Positions 61,955-64,000 of a stretch of DNA of 64,000 nucleotides are shown in pieces; within the stretch, counting starts at the first letter, position 1, and the number at the start of each line of letters is the position of its first letter. The notes beneath the pieces are model-generated. The model did no database searches, had not been told where the DNA came from, and saw only the letters and a list, made by a program, of their open reading frames with translations. Made by a program: the position numbers and the translations under genes. Source of the DNA: Gracilinanus agilis (Eukaryota); contig NC_058131.1 of assembly GCF_016433145.1 (NCBI RefSeq), positions 63,163,253 to 63,227,252 of the forward strand. The letters run 5' to 3'.

Positions 61955-62943
61955 TGTTATCATACAAGTTGATTTTATTCAAATGACTAAATGCTACTAA
62001 AATAGGGGACTAGTCAGTGAGTCCAGACCCTAGTAGTATGCCCAGAATTCTACTGCCACGATTCTGCTCATTGAAGAAGCTGAGGGAACTTGCTTCTGGG
62101 AGACATGGGATGCCATGTAATTGAAGTGCTTTGGATCATGCTTAGAGATTTGGGTCTACTCACCATGTGGTGAATAGCAGCTTCTTCAACAGGCTGCAAT
62201 TGCAGAATTAGAACTTGTAGTATACAGAATTGGGGTCATATAGTTTTTTCTAGCTTTGGCTGAGTTTAAAAGCAGCTCAACTGATTCACAACCTCCCTCC
62301 ACGGAAGATCCAGCCTTTCCTCAAGATTCTAAACCTCTAACAGCTTTTGGAACTCAGCCAAAGCTAGAAAAAACTATATGACCCCAATTCTGTATACTAC
62401 AAACTGGAGAGGCCATATTCAGCCTCAGGCTCTCTCTCTTTGCTAGATCTCTGTGATGAGTTTAGTTCCTTTGCTGATGGTGTCCAGTTGAGAAATGATG
62501 CTGTAAAGGGAGAAGCCTAAGGCTCTCTCTTCTAAGTTAGACAAGTGGCTCCAAGAAAGTGAATCACGTTCTTTTGACTTATTGTTTGTTTTTTTCCTTT
62601 TGTTTAACCTGGCATCTAAACCTTGTGAATCTCGAAAGGTCAAGAAAAGGGGCTACCTGGGAGTCTTGGCATCCAGGAGTCTAGAGAATATGGGGAGTCT
62701 GGGTGTTAATTTTATTCAAATGACTAAATGCTCCTACAACAGGGAACAAGTCAATGAGTCTAGACCCTACTAGTACTAACACCCAGAATTCTACTTCTGG
62801 GAGTCTGTCCATTGAAGCAGTCTAGTTGTTAAATCCAGATTGGGTTTCAGAGGGACCCCAGCACTGAAGCCCCTAGTGTGACCTTGGGAGTGCAGCCCAG
62901 TGGTGACTGAGAGGAGGACTCATCCAGAAGAAGCACGGTTACA
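61955..62943 (-). mobile_element. Probable ERV solo LTR with an internal ~110-bp direct repeat
   Basis: TGTTA...TTACA termini, flanks tttc/ttta, and two copies of a segment carrying AATAAA on the minus strand (61972..62080 and 62709..62820). Confidence 0.45.
62216..62401. mobile_element. 186-bp foldback/MITE-like element with 51-bp perfect TIRs, TGT...ACA ends and a 4-bp TSD (AACT)
   Basis: 62216..62266 is the exact reverse complement of 62351..62401; aact at 62212..62215 and at 62402..62405. Confidence 0.75.
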
Positions 62944-63049
62944 TTTAGATGATAATATGGTGGGGATCAATACTCTGTAGAAATTGTACTAAGTTAGAGT
63001 CCACTTTCTCCAGGGTCTGAGGTGGGATAGGGAGAGGGTGTCCTTGAGG

Positions 63050-63650
63050 TGTTGGGAAGAAAATATGAACCTTTGTTCTTGCCGTATCTTCATCGCTTTG
63101 TAAAAGCTAATTGATTAAATGGAACTGGTGGTGAACATTGGGGGGAACCAACTCGAATAGGAGCCTGAGCGAATGCCATTAGAAAAGATATACCCTTCTG
63201 GGGTATCCCTAGAATCCTGAGGTGGTGATATAGTTGGCCTTGCTCTGGTAGAGGCCAAATCATACTCACTATACCATAACGAATATATTTCTGTCAAAGT
63301 ATGTGGGGTTTGGGAATGAGTTGAAGTTTACCCTAATTCTAAAGCAGACTCCAAAAAAAAATTGCTGAAAGGCTTTTGCAACCACTATGTTGCTAATAGC
63401 CAATGACTGCTAAATCTTCAATATTGAGTTAATATATTCCACAATGTTAATATATTCTAGCTTCAATTCTCAAGAAGGTTGAGGCAAAGGGATAGTGACC
63501 GCTGGCCATCTCTCCCCTTTCCAAAGAAGAGGTCCAGAGCAAATAAGTTGTTTTGCAGTAGTGCGTCTACCATCTCCAGAACAAAAAAACTGTCCTTTAT
63601 TCTGTGATGAGTACCTTTCTGGAAGGAACTGTGAAAGATGAGCTAGGAAT
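63050..63650 (-). mobile_element. Very decayed L1-clade reverse transcriptase fragment
   Basis: Frameshifted minus-strand translations NIVEYIN, NIVVAKAFQQ (cf. IDAEKAFDK) and RVGSPQCSPPVPFN (cf. RQGCPLSPLLFN) occur in the expected order. Confidence 0.45.
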
Positions 63651-63699
63651 GTGAGATGCATTATTCCCTAAATATTGGAACATCCAGCTACATTTACTT

Positions 63700-64000
63700 T
63701 TGGGTGTCTTTACTTTCCATTTCCTACCTCAAATGTATCCTTCCACAAATGTATTCTTTAAGAAGGTATTTGATACAAAGCACTTTAAACTGTGCATACC
63801 CTTTGATCCAGCAATACTACTCCTAGTATGCCAAAGAGGTTAAAAAAAAAAAAAGAGGAAAGGACCAATTTGTACAACAGCTTTTTGTTGTGACAAAAAA
63901 TTGGAAATAGTGGGGATGCCCATTAGTTAGAGAATGGATGAACAAATTGTGGTTTATAATTGTGATGGAATACTATTGTGCTATTAGAAATGACAAGAAG
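63700..64000 (+). mobile_element. L1 ORF2 3' fragment running off the window end
   Basis: ccctttgatccagcaatac...ggggatgcccatt...gaatggatgaacaaattgtgg...gatggaatactattgtgc. Confidence 0.85.

Noticed and set aside
63115-63297. Possible NUMT or coding exon
   Set aside because: No convincing mitochondrial match; better explained as a decayed LINE RT
1-64000. CRISPR array, tRNA/rRNA genes, prokaryotic defence system
   Set aside because: No regularly spaced repeat-spacer array or structural RNA gene seen; the recurrent tRNA-like heads are SINEs and the window is mammalian

Overview
Vertebrate, marsupial-type genomic DNA. The many SINE1_Mdo-like and MAR1-like SINEs and the L1_Mdo-like 3' UTRs point to opossum (Monodelphis) or a close didelphid. 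The window is syntenic with the human 16q22.1 cluster, in reverse orientation: ELMO3 5' end (-), complete E2F4 (-, 10 exons, 396 aa), EXOC3L1 (+, 13 coding exons, 745 aa), MATCAP1/KIAA0895L (+, 6 coding exons, 475 aa) and NOL3/ARC (-, 2 coding exons, about 262 aa). About 11 kb of repeat-rich DNA follows. I built the exon models by hand from splice sites and phases, and the four complete models close in frame. There is no prokaryotic-type system or CRISPR array. The most notable unexplained structures are: (1) a 186-bp element with perfect 51-bp terminal inverted repeats, TGT...ACA ends and a 4-bp TSD, sitting inside a probable solo LTR; (2) an 18-bp perfect dyad centred on a CArG box; (3) two copies of a hAT MITE carrying a CTCF motif; (4) the U12 AT-AC intron of E2F4; (5) lineage-specific protein differences (no E2F4 poly-Ser tract, a NOL3 C-terminal extension with the Nop30 frame closed, and G>F next to the MATCAP1 HExxxH motif). 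Comparisons with human proteins are from memory and need an alignment to confirm. Repeat boundaries are approximate.
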